From assembly GCA_963706325.1 (NCBI GenBank), contig CAVPLT010000004.1:448001-512000 (forward strand): a DNA stretch of 64,000 nt, read 5' to 3'. Under the pieces are notes generated by a model. The model saw nothing but the letters and a program-made list of their open reading frames with translations, was not told the origin of the DNA and searched no databases. Both the position numbers and the translations under genes were made by a program. Below are positions 19,700 to 29,431 of the stretch, piece by piece (the first letter of the stretch is position 1; each line of letters begins with the position of its first letter). The stretch comes from an uncultured Nitrospiraceae bacterium. Its GTDB lineage: Bacteria; Nitrospirota; Nitrospiria; Nitrospirales; Nitrospiraceae.

Positions 19700-20718
19700 G
19701 TGATTCTTGCAAACGCGGTTTGTGCTCACCGGCAATAGACGTGGGTCGGGACGGCAGTTCACCGACTCCCCCGGGGCGTGAAGGTAATCTGAGGATCGAC
19801 GCTGTTCCAGGTCCTGGATGTATTCCTGCATCGCCAGAGGCAACTCGGCTCGATCTCAAAGGCCTGAGTGCAAGCGATGGGTAAGATGGTGCAGATGGAC
19901 TCCTACGTGCGAGAGATCCGTCGGATTGAAGGCAATCCTTCGAGGACATGGGCGCTCAGCCGTTCTCCATGCTCGAGGGCCGAGAGTTCCCATATCAACA
20001 CAGCCATGCGTTGTCTGTACTCCTCCTCTAAATCACGCGCGACGCCTTCCCGGACGTCTTGCTCCATAGAGAGCAGACGTCCGCTCAGCACCTGCAACTC
20101 GTGCTGGCTTTCCCGTAGGGCTCTCTCGTGGGCTTGTAATCGAGTTTCAGCCACCCGGCGTTCGGTAATATCGGTGGCTGCAAGACGAAGATGCTGAGTG
20201 CCCTCCGAGGGGCCGACTAGGCACATGTTCACCAACGCGGTCCTCACGCCGTCTTTATGACGCAGTGTGACCTCGTAGGTGAGCGGCTCCGACCGTTGAA
20301 ACGAGGTCCGCAACACCTCCATAAACTCTGGTGCCTGGTCTGCATCCACAAACTCGTATAGGCGTCGCCCCACGAGGACCGCCCGCGTCGCACCCAGCAA
20401 ACGCTCCGTTGCCTCATTCACTTGTTTGATCCGTAATTGTCGATCCAAGGTAAGGTTCGCCGAGGGCGCCCCTTCATAGAGATCGTAATATTGATCCCGG
20501 CTTTCTTCGGCTTCCTGCTGAGCTCGGCGGAGCTCTTCATTTTGCAGTTCCAGTTCAATCTGGTGAATGCGGAGCTCGTGGACCAATGCCTGCACATTCT
20601 CAGAGGTAAGGCTGGGGATGGCTTTTGCGATGAGATTCCCGAGGCTCCCTTCCGCCCTCTTGCGTAGCGCCGCCGAAGTTTCCGACTGTTTCTCTGTCGA
20701 CGCTTTCCTGCGAGCCAT
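19700..20718 (-). pseudogene. PAS + HisKA_3 sensor kinase, frameshifted and truncated
   Basis: HELRIHQIELELQNEEL, PAS, REGVARDL; continues in another frame as DLSHVGVHLHHLTHRLHSGL*DRAELPLAMQEYI; left end approximate. Confidence 0.75.
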
Positions 20719-20840
20719 TGAACCTCTAAGACTTGCGTCATCGCTGTATCAGTCTGCGTTTATATTGACAGCGCGCTTTAGGAGATGCTCCGCATCGGCA
20801 GTGTCAATGAACTCCGCCCCTGAGGCATGCGACTTATCGA

Positions 20841-21050
20841 CTAGGTGTACTTGATGGGAAGAGACTTGCTCCACGGGCGCTTTGACTGAGATAGGGTCTT
20901 TACGTATTCAGCGATGAGGTCGCACTCTTCCTGGGTCAGATCCGGCTTGAGAAGGATCGGAGACAATAGGGCCTCTGTCGCTAGAATAAAATCTTCGATC
21001 TCCTTCCTGACCGACACTGGACGTAAACTGGACGCCGCCGCAACTTCCAT
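20841..21050 (-). CDS. Small hypothetical protein
   Basis: Strong GGAGGAGG RBS; 69 aa helical. Confidence 0.6.
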   Translation of the reverse strand: MEVAAASSLRPVSVRKEIEDFILATEALLSPILLKPDLTQEECDLIAEYVKTLSQSKRPWSKSLPIKYT

Positions 21051-21355
21051 AGTGCACCTCCTCCTCTTGTGACTGCCCTGTATGGTCGGGCATACAGTAC
21101 CCAATGTTACAGGACTAGGTCAATCCCTAGGCATTGTGATCCATTAGACCTACGTGGGCAAAACCATGCCGGGAAGGTTTGGCCGTCAAACATTCTTATG
21201 TTGCTCAATAGGTTGGAAGAACCACTGCGCCATCAATCAGTGGCTGAGGGCAACTACGAGCCAGTGTTAGGCAGGGTCATTACTCGTCTCAAAAAGAGTG
21301 CTCCGCAAACACGGCATGAGTGTGACGTGAATGATCACTGCATCAGACAGGCGGA

Positions 21356-21892
21356 GAGACCTGTTTACGCAGGAAGGGCTGGCCGTGTTCAGGCAAGAAG
21401 TTATCTGGCTATTGGCGGAGCAGAGACGTACACGAAAAGCCAGAGCTGGCGGAAGCGAAGGCCAGGCTAGAAATAGTCGAGTCGGAAATTGGTCACATTA
21501 TGACAGCTCTCAAAGTCGGTAGCGGGACAGTAAGCACCAAAACAGCATTGGAAGAGTCTGAGAGGGAATGAGCGCAACTGACACAGACCTTGCAGAGTCG
21601 GAACACGATCCTCGACAAGGTAGCCACGCTTCTGCCCGATATGGCCAGCCGGTTCAAGAAATTAGTAGACGGTGTTGCTATTGTGACCCAGCAGCAGGTG
21701 GATAAAGCCCGAGGGATTTTGAAAGGGCTGGCAGGGGAGCACATTTCGCTCCATCCCTCTGCAGATGGCACCGAACGCTTCCTTACTGCGGAGTTACCTG
21801 GGGATTACTCGGGCCTCGTGGGCCTCGTTTCTCGGCAGAAATTATTATTGGTGGCGGTGACCCGGATTGAACGGGTGACCCGCGGCTTATGA
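21356..21892 (+). pseudogene. C-terminal remnant of a large serine recombinase
   Basis: DLFTQEGLAVFRQEV..LLAEQRR / KARLEIVESEIGHIMTALKVG...ALEESERE* / DKARGILKGL...LHPSADGTERFLTAEL; frameshift ~21436, stop ~21569; reads into the tRNA. Confidence 0.7.
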
Positions 21893-21924
21893 GTCCGCTG
21901 CTCTGCCAACTGAGCTACACCGCC
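21849..21924 (-). tRNA. tRNA-Met(CAT), probably elongator
   Basis: GGCGGTGTAGCTCAGTTGGCAGAGCAGCGGACTCATAAGCCGCGGGTCACCCGTTCAATCCGGGTCACCGCCACCA; G1-C72 pair; encoded CCA. Confidence 0.95.
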
Positions 21925-22349
21925 ACGGCACAGGGGCTGCTTGATGAAGTGAACCGCAATAATAGCTGAAGCAGAGTTGAAGTGTCTACCGATCGTCCAT
22001 CAAAAACCTGCCTGTTCTCGCGAAAGATTATTGGGGTTCTACGCACATCGCACCCCAATATCAATGTGCATGTCGCCGCATGACTGCATTCCGCCTCCGT
22101 TTCCCGGTTGATCATTTCTGACGTATCTGCGGGATCACGGCCTCGGTCTTTTGTTTTGTCGTTCGATGTAGCCTGTTTCGCATTCAGTTGAGTATTAACG
22201 ACAGGAAGTGGTTCATCTGTGTGAGCTGAGCTCATCGTATTGATGACATTCTGCCGGATCAGATAGAACAAACAGGTTGGACTCGATAGACTGGCTGACA
22301 GGCAGGGCTCCCGCGAGAATAAACTCACGATGCGGCGAACTTCGATACA

Positions 22350-22978
22350 AGCGAATTCCTCCATTATATTGCCCACGACTTTCAGCAACCGGCCAGACGG
22401 GCATTCGCCTATGCCGTGAAACTCGCCAATGTACTGGGCACCGGACCGCATACTCTGCACGTGATCAGGCATTGCCCGAGTCATTGGGCGTATCCTACAA
22501 CAGCCTTACCTGAACCCGCTCAAGACTTCTGTCATGCTGGAATTGGGACGGCTGTCGAGATTGGCGAAGGAAGCCGGAATCTATGCGGAACCTCACCTTT
22601 CTTTTCGGTGAACCGAGCGATCGCATTCTGCAGTCCACGGCTCGTTTCCATGCGGGGCTTCTAGTCATGGGAACTCACGGCCGCGCTGGCTGGGATCGAT
22701 TGCGGCTCCGCAGTGAGCCAGAACCGGTTGTCCGGAAAGCTCGTTGCCCTGTGCTGACGTTGCAGGAGCTAGTGGCCCGAGACTCATTTCGACGCCATGC
22801 AAGGGTTAAACTGAATCGATTCCTCCTGGCGACGGAGTGGAAATCATTCTAAACCAGTCGGCTGAATGGCAGGCAGACGTCATCGCCGTCGGCTCTCAAG
22901 GCCGTCGCGGACTGTCCCGCTTGTTGTTGGGAAGTGTGGCGAAGGTGCTGTTGAGGCGATCCGGTTGCCTGTATTGAT
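22350..22978 (+). pseudogene. Tandem-domain universal stress protein pseudogene
   Basis: Fragments in different frames: HDFQQPARRAFAYAVKLA; GEPSDRIL...LLVMGTHGRAGW...VVRKARCPVL; DVIAVGSQGRRGLSRLLLGSVA. Confidence 0.8.
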
Positions 22979-23046
22979 CGCCCCAAAATAGCTCTCGCCG
23001 AAACCGTCTCGCGATCGCCGACAGGATCGTTGAAGAAAGAGGCGTT

Positions 23047-23349
23047 ATGGCAACCTTGTTCATCGCGTTGGTATTCGCACTCATCATTGCGTTATTCGCG
23101 CTTCAAAACACCGCTATGGTGACCGTACGTTTTTTGTCGTGGGAGCATGAGGCATCGGTCGTGCTGGTAGTGATTGGAGCGGCATGTTTTGGCGCAGCAT
23201 TGGCATTTGCCGCTTCACTCGGCCACCGCTTTCGGCAGACGAGGGAAATGCGCCGCCTCGGTGATACCGTTCATTCGCAGGCTGAAAGAATCCGTCAGCT
23301 GGACTCACATGCGCAAGAAGGACAGGCTTCCTTTCCTCCAGACTTTTAG
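23047..23349 (+). CDS. LapA/DUF1049-family membrane protein
   Basis: ALFALQNT..VTVRFLSW, second TM helix, C-terminal coiled coil. Confidence 0.85.
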   Translation: MATLFIALVFALIIALFALQNTAMVTVRFLSWEHEASVVLVVIGAACFGAALAFAASLGHRFRQTREMRRLGDTVHSQAERIRQLDSHAQEGQASFPPDF

Positions 23350-23529
23350 GAGTCTGTCCGAGTAATGCCGTTCTACTACGGCAAATGCTCTGCAGCGATT
23401 TGCGTCGTTCTCGGCTCGAAAAAATCAACGTACGTCAGTGAATACGCTTCCGGTTTTTTCGAGCCGCAGCCTCGCATCTACCAGCAGCTCCTTCGCCTCG
23501 CAACGAAGGATTACTCGGACAGACTCCTA
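23347..23529. mobile_element. 183-bp MITE-like element with 20-bp terminal inverted repeats
   Basis: TAGGAGTCTGTCCGAGTAAT ... ATTACTCGGACAGACTCCTA; internal CGGCTCGAAAAAA/TTTTTTCGAGCCG. Confidence 0.85.
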
Positions 23530-24288
23530 GCGATACACAGACGGTCTGGATTGCATTCGAGCCTATCGATCGGGCATTTTATCGATGAGCCAGGAAGACG
23601 GAATCATAACTTCCGGCAAATGTTCCCCTATGATGGTTTTTATCCGTTTACTCAAGCTGAAGGAGCAACATGGAATCCTTCGCGGTACTTGGCCTGCTCG
23701 CCCTGATCATCGGCATCATCGGACTCGTCGTGCTCATGAAGGGGAAAAAAAAGAGAATCCGCTGAACAGATGCACTGACGTTGTGCTTCTGCCGCAACGG
23801 CGTAAGGGGTCCGTCATGAGGTCTGCTCGGTATGATGGCACCTTTTCGAATTTTTCTGCGCTGCCGCGTGGTGGCGAAGGAAAGAAAGGGAGGGACTCGA
23901 GGTGGGCCAAGGATTCTCCCTTCCGAGAAAGTCGTCGCGGATTCCACCTGTAATCTAGTCGACCGGAAAAATCCGGCCTGCATTGCGTCTACACCCCCTC
24001 CCTCGTGCAAATAAGCGATCCCTGCCTTCCGTCTCAATGATCAGAATCCATACCTCCGGCAAGACTGATACAGCGACTGGGGCTTTGCCCAGTGTTGATT
24101 GAGATCAGTAACGCCATACTAGTGAAGGCCTCATGACTCGCTGGGAGTGACGCCTCCTGCGGTCCTTCGGTCGTGTGGTGACCTGTGCCGAATGCCAGAC
24201 TAGAGAGGATAAATCAACGATATTGTCGGTGCCGACTGCAGAGGGTCGTTAAAAAACTAGGTGAGTATGTCTAACCAGGAGAGACGCC

Positions 24289-24760
24289 ATGGCCAACATC
24301 ATTATTCATCTCGCTACGGCCTCAGCTGTGCTTATTGGCGGCGGGAGCTCGGCCGGTTGGGCGCAGGTTGTGAAGGTGCAACACTCCGTCCCTTACGAGT
24401 CCGTGACGGAATCCGAACGACTGTACCAGGAAGATCGGGCGGAGACCATTCGCGGGGTGGTTGAAAGCCTCGATACGGTCACGATGCGGGAAGGCGCGCT
24501 GTTTAGACAGCTTCGCCTTAAGGTCGGTGATGATACGCTCGTGGTCCATTTAGGGCCGCAATGGTTTATGGAACAACAGGTTCAGCGCCTTCAACTGGAT
24601 GTGGGCCGAGAAGTCGAAGTGCAGCGGGTCTCGGGAGATGGTGAATGGCAAACCGGTGGTGGTCGCTGCGGAAATCCGAAATGATCGTCGGGATAAGCAA
24701 TTGAGGCTGCGTCATCCGAGCGGCGTCCCTGTGTGGGCCGGCAGCGAGTACATGCGCTGA
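24289..24760 (+). pseudogene. Secreted OB-fold-like protein with one frameshift (~24622)
   Basis: Signal peptide, TIRGVV, VHLGPQWF; the shifted frame continues SGSREMVNGKPVVVAAEI...LRHPSGVPVWAG. Confidence 0.7.
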
Positions 24761-24771
24761 AGGATGTTTCC

Positions 24772-25620
24772 ATGATCAAAACCTTTGTCATTCTGGGAGC
24801 CTCCGGAGATTTGACGGCTCGGTTTCTTTGCCGGCCTTGACCTGTCTCATGGCGCTGGAAAACTACCGAAAGGCTTCCGTGTGATCGGCCTCGCCCGCGA
24901 TCTCTGGAACACAGAAACATTTCGGCAGCACCCCGGAGAAAAGATGGCACGGGCAGCGCCCGGCACCTCAGCGGAATTGCTTGATGCCATCCTCCGGATC
25001 AGCGAGTATCATCATGTCGATGTGATGAACCACAGTCAGCTGGGCAGGTGCCTGAATGCGGTCAAGGAGCCGCTTCTCGTCTATCTCGCACTCCCGCCGT
25101 CGCTGTTCAAACCGACGATCGAGACGTTGGCGAGGCTCGACCTGCCTCGGGGCACCAAAATGATATTGGAGAAGCCGTTCGACGAAAACCGGGTTTCCGC
25201 ACAAGACCTGAACCGATTGCTGCATGAATCGTTTCCCGAACGGGATGTCTTTCGGCTGGATCATTTTCTGGGCAAGCAGACGGTGCAAAACATCCTGGGT
25301 CTCCGCGTTGCCAACCGCGTCTTCGAACCGCTTTGGAATTATCAGCATATTGAGCGTGTAGAGATCATCCGGGATGAGACTCTCACGGCCGCCGGTCGGG
25401 CGTCTTCCTATGACACGACCGGCGCGCTACGCGACACGATCCAGAATCACCTGCACCGCCCGCAATTGATCCACTTTGCAGTCACGAAGCGTGCGTTCAT
25501 CCAGCGAGTGGAACGGCTCCATCCCGATCACAGCCAGCAACTGGTGGGCGGCCTCGACCCCGAGGCGCGACGCTGCTCAAGCCAAGTGAGACGTTATTCA
25601 ATAGGTAGGTCTCATTCGGC
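24772..25620 (+). pseudogene. zwf: Glucose-6-phosphate dehydrogenase pseudogene
   Basis: VILGASGDLT; YLALPP; LEKPF; FRLDHFLGKQTVQN; GALRD.IQNHL; frameshift, deletions, internal inversion, truncated. Confidence 0.88.
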
Positions 25621-25836
25621 TCTCACTGCATCACGAAATTTGGACAACATTGAATGAGACCTTGGCTTGGTACGGCGCTGTCCCGACGCAGGCGTCGAGC
25701 TGGCTCCAGAAGCCTGACGCGTCCGGACCATGGATCGCGCTTGACATAGAACTGCCGATAGATAACGTTCTGTTGAACCTGGACCGTTTCCCCGAAACGC
25801 CAGCGAGTAACCAGTCAATAAAAGGAGGCCTGTATT

Positions 25837-26763
25837 ATGAGCGGACTGTCATTGGAGAATGCCCTTCCCTGGCTCCTCAGCATGGCCGCGACAGTGGGGA
25901 TAGCCAGTCTGCGTGTCGGCCTGGTGCTGCTGCTCGGCTACCTGGGGATCAGGTTCGTCCGTCTTGGAGTGCAACAACTGGAGCGCGTGATCATTTTGGC
26001 GAGTGATGCCAAGGATCAGCAGTCCGGAACCGCCCTGAAACGGGCAGCGACGTTGACGGGAATTCTTAGAACGATCGCTCTGACGGCAATCTGGGCGATC
26101 GTTGTGATCGAATCGCTCCAGCTGGTCGGGATAAACATCGCGCCGATCCTGGCCGGCGCAGGTATTCTCGGCTTGGCTGTGGGTTTCGGGGCGCAGAATC
26201 TGGTGCGAGACCTCATCAGCGGGTTTTTCATCATTCTCGAAGATCAGATCAGGCTGGGAGATGTTGCCGTCATCAACGGGACCGGCGGACATGTGGAAAC
26301 CATCACGTTCAGGACCATTTCATTGCGTGATTTCTCCGGAGTCGTGCATATCTTTCCCAATGGCGGCATCTCTACTCTCTCCAACATGACCAAGGAGTGG
26401 TCGGCATTCGTGCTGGATATGGGTGTCGGCTACAATGAGGACACAGACCGAGTGGTTGAGGTGATGAAGGCGGTCGGTGATGATCTCCGCCAGGATCGGC
26501 TATTCGGTCCGACGATAATCGAGCCGATCGAAGTCGTGGGAGTGGAGAACTTTAGCGAATCCGCCGTGGTGCTTCGTGCGCGCATTAAAACGAAGCCGCT
26601 GGAACAGTGGAACATCGGTCGTGAGTATCGGCGTCGCTTGAAGAAGGCCTTTGATGTGCAAGGAATCGAGATTCCCTTTCCGCATCAGACCATACGAATG
26701 GGGACATCTACAGGACCGTTCAAGGTTGAGTTGGTCGCCGGATTAAGTAGCGCGCAGTCTTAA
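25837..26763 (+). CDS. Small-conductance mechanosensitive channel (MscS family)
   Basis: LAGAGILGLAVGFGAQ.LV.D.ISG, IFPNG, GIEIPFP. Confidence 0.93.
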   Translation: MSGLSLENALPWLLSMAATVGIASLRVGLVLLLGYLGIRFVRLGVQQLERVIILASDAKDQQSGTALKRAATLTGILRTIALTAIWAIVVIESLQLVGINIAPILAGAGILGLAVGFGAQNLVRDLISGFFIILEDQIRLGDVAVINGTGGHVETITFRTISLRDFSGVVHIFPNGGISTLSNMTKEWSAFVLDMGVGYNEDTDRVVEVMKAVGDDLRQDRLFGPTIIEPIEVVGVENFSESAVVLRARIKTKPLEQWNIGREYRRRLKKAFDVQGIEIPFPHQTIRMGTSTGPFKVELVAGLSSAQS

Positions 26764-27498
26764 CCCTGATTGTCAGCTGGGCTTAAGGCACCTCGTTCTT
26801 GCTTATTTATCCATTTACCTCCCGCTGAACAATTCCCTACGGCAGGGTAGGAGAGTCACCCCCCTGAAGGCCCGCTTCCCTGCGGTCCCGGCAAGGGAGG
26901 TCTGGTGACGCCGAATTCTTTGAACCATTGCTCCATTCATTGTCTCGCAGAAGTGCAGAATGCATTTGCCAATCCTACACCAAGACATTGGCGTACGAAG
27001 CTCCCGTACTGCGGCACTTTATGGCGCGAGTCGAAGAGCGCGCTCCTACATAGAATATTGCGCTTGAGCTTAATGGTGGTGATCTGCCGCTCGGTTCCAC
27101 GCGGCTCCTCTAAGCTGGCTCCTCGATGGTGCCCGCGCACGCCTACTCCTTCCTAGCAACGTTCCATTCAACCGCATGAGAGCGACAGAGGCTGATTTGC
27201 CTTCCATACTACGATCTACTCCTAAGTAATTGTGTTTCGGTCTGTCCAGTGGGCTTCAGACGTTAAGCCCGACGAAAAAAATCTGTGGCTAGGAGTAATT
27301 TGTTCCGAGACATGTTATAAGCAACTCCTTCGCAGCCCATATTCCCCCCTGAGATACGTATTGCATGGCTCGGCTCGACGGCCGGAAAAGCGGCATGTTT
27401 CTTCGCAAGCGCGATCTGCATGGGGTATGGCAGGTGGAGTGATCATGGACGGTCATGGTAGCCAGAGGATTGTACGGGCACTGATTTGATGGACTCAT

Positions 27499-29334
27499 GT
27501 GCCTCGTCATCAAGAAGGAGGGAAGGCCTTGATGGCTTGCGTGAAAGAGATTGCAGAACATGAAGTCGTAAACGAAGCGCCGACAATGATCGATGCTTCG
27601 ATTCGCGGCGATAGTAGGATCGCAGGGGGCAGGGCAAGAAGACAGCGGCGATGGCACCGAAGCGGCATAGTCCTTCTGAGTGGCTTGCTATGGATGACGG
27701 CAGCGCCGGTCTTGTCACAACTCATTCCATTACCACCTAAGCCACCTCAATTGCCCACGGTTCCGCCGCCCGTCCAGCCCCCAGGCCTCGAGCTGCCTTC
27801 ACCGCGCCCTCCCAGTGATCCCGGTACCGCAGTGACAGGTCCAAAAATCATGGTTAAGGACATTCACGTCGCCGGGAGTACAGCCTTTACGCCTCAGCAA
27901 CTGGCCGAAGTTACGGCGCCCTATAAGAACCGCGAGTTGACGGCTGAAGACCTGGAAGCCTTACGGCTGGGCCTTACGTATTTCTATATCAATCATGGAT
28001 ATGTCACCTCAGGGGCTGTGGTTCCGGAACAGGATGTTGCCGACGGCGTTTTGACGATGCAGATCATCGAGGGCAAGATCACAGCAGTGAATGTCGAAGA
28101 CACCAAATGGTTTCGACCCGGCTACTTTCAAAGCCGTATCAACCTGGCGGCTGGGCCTCCATTGAACGTGGGAGAGTTGGAAGATCGCTTGCGGATCATC
28201 CAGTCCAATCCGCGCATCGAACGAATCAATGCCGAACTGCTACCTGGATTGGCCATCGGGGAAAATACCCTCAATGTGAAAGTAAAGGAAGTGAATCCGT
28301 TGAAGGCCTGGCTGGAGTTTAACAACTATCAGTCTCCAGTCGTGGGCGCGGAGCAAGGGTTTGTGACCCTCGCCCATCGGAATCTCTTGGGTTTTGGTGA
28401 CACGTTGAGTCTGCAGTATGGCCGATCCGCTGGCGTGAATCCGATGCTGAACTTTCGATATGAAATTCCAGTAAGCCCTCGGGATACGACCGTTGCCTTT
28501 CAGTACCGTCGTTTCGATTTTGCTGTGAAGGAAGCGCCTTTTGACTCCTTGGATATCGAGAATAAGGCGCAAATATTCGGGATTTCCGTTAGACATCCCG
28601 TGTACCGAACCGTCGATCAGGAATTTGCCCTTTCGCTGACGGGAGAGCATGAGCGTAACGAAAGTTTTCTGGGTGGCGTCCCAACCGAATTAATCGCCGG
28701 TTCCCCCGGCGGCCTATTTCGCGTGACGGCCCTGCGTTTCGGTCAGGAGTATGTCAAACGCACCCCTGAGCAGATATTCTCGGCCCTCTCTCGACTTTCG
28801 GTCGGAGTAGGAGCGATCGGAGCCACTGCCAACGGTGACCCAAATTTACCGGATGCGCGGTTCTTTTCCTGGTTAGGCGAGGCACAATATACTCGCCAGC
28901 TGCCGTTTTGGCGGACGCTCCTGGTTAGCCGAGGAGTCGTGCAATTGTCGAACGATCACCTCTTTCCCCTTGAGCAAATCGCGGTAGGAGGACGCTACAG
29001 CGTCCGTGGGTATCGAGAATTCACTCTTATCCGTGACAATGCCGCCATGGGATCAATCGAGGCGCGGGTGCCTGTCTATACGACCAAGGCAGGTGTCGAT
29101 TCTGTCTTTCTGGCGCCGTTCTTTGATTTTGGTCATGGGTGGCAGACCACCGTGGCGACCCCTGGCACGCCTCCTAAAACATTAGCCAGCGTTGGTATTG
29201 GAGCCATCTGGAATTTTTGGCGTGGCAGTCATTTCGAAATCTATTACGGAAAACAGTTGAAACGGTACGATACCGGCGGCGACAACCTTCAGGATCACGG
29301 CATCCATCTGCAAGTGGTCGTGGAGGCGTTCTGA
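27499..29334 (+). CDS. TpsB (ShlB/FhaC/HecB) two-partner secretion transporter; start uncertain
   Basis: POTRA (YINHGYVTSGA, IIEG); SVRGYRE; C-terminal F. Confidence 0.9.
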   Translation: MPRHQEGGKALMACVKEIAEHEVVNEAPTMIDASIRGDSRIAGGRARRQRRWHRSGIVLLSGLLWMTAAPVLSQLIPLPPKPPQLPTVPPPVQPPGLELPSPRPPSDPGTAVTGPKIMVKDIHVAGSTAFTPQQLAEVTAPYKNRELTAEDLEALRLGLTYFYINHGYVTSGAVVPEQDVADGVLTMQIIEGKITAVNVEDTKWFRPGYFQSRINLAAGPPLNVGELEDRLRIIQSNPRIERINAELLPGLAIGENTLNVKVKEVNPLKAWLEFNNYQSPVVGAEQGFVTLAHRNLLGFGDTLSLQYGRSAGVNPMLNFRYEIPVSPRDTTVAFQYRRFDFAVKEAPFDSLDIENKAQIFGISVRHPVYRTVDQEFALSLTGEHERNESFLGGVPTELIAGSPGGLFRVTALRFGQEYVKRTPEQIFSALSRLSVGVGAIGATANGDPNLPDARFFSWLGEAQYTRQLPFWRTLLVSRGVVQLSNDHLFPLEQIAVGGRYSVRGYREFTLIRDNAAMGSIEARVPVYTTKAGVDSVFLAPFFDFGHGWQTTVATPGTPPKTLASVGIGAIWNFWRGSHFEIYYGKQLKRYDTGGDNLQDHGIHLQVVVEAF

Positions 29335-29431
29335 CGACGGGTTCTACTTTGGGATTTTTCGCCGGTTGAAGTTGTGCCCTGTTTAGGGTAAGAGAGGGGC
29401 CGTTCTCTCTTACCTCTTGAGGAGAATTACC

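Larger units (their letters stand above)
18906..21866. mobile_element. Decayed integrative element at the tRNA-Met 3' end, bounded by att direct repeats
   Basis: TTATTGGTGGCGGTGA(A/C)CCGGA at 18906-18927 and 21845-21866; recombinase remnant adjacent to the tRNA. Confidence 0.8.

Noticed and set aside
21156..21172. Second sigma54 promoter on the minus strand (GGCATGGTTTTGC)
   Set aside because: GG-to-GC spacing is 9, not 10
21915..22484. 189-aa minus-strand ORF upstream of the tRNA
   Set aside because: No motifs; overlaps the USP pseudogene and the tRNA
26830..26905. GGAGAG...CCTGAAGG resembling a glycine riboswitch
   Set aside because: The rest of the aptamer is not evident and there is no relevant downstream gene
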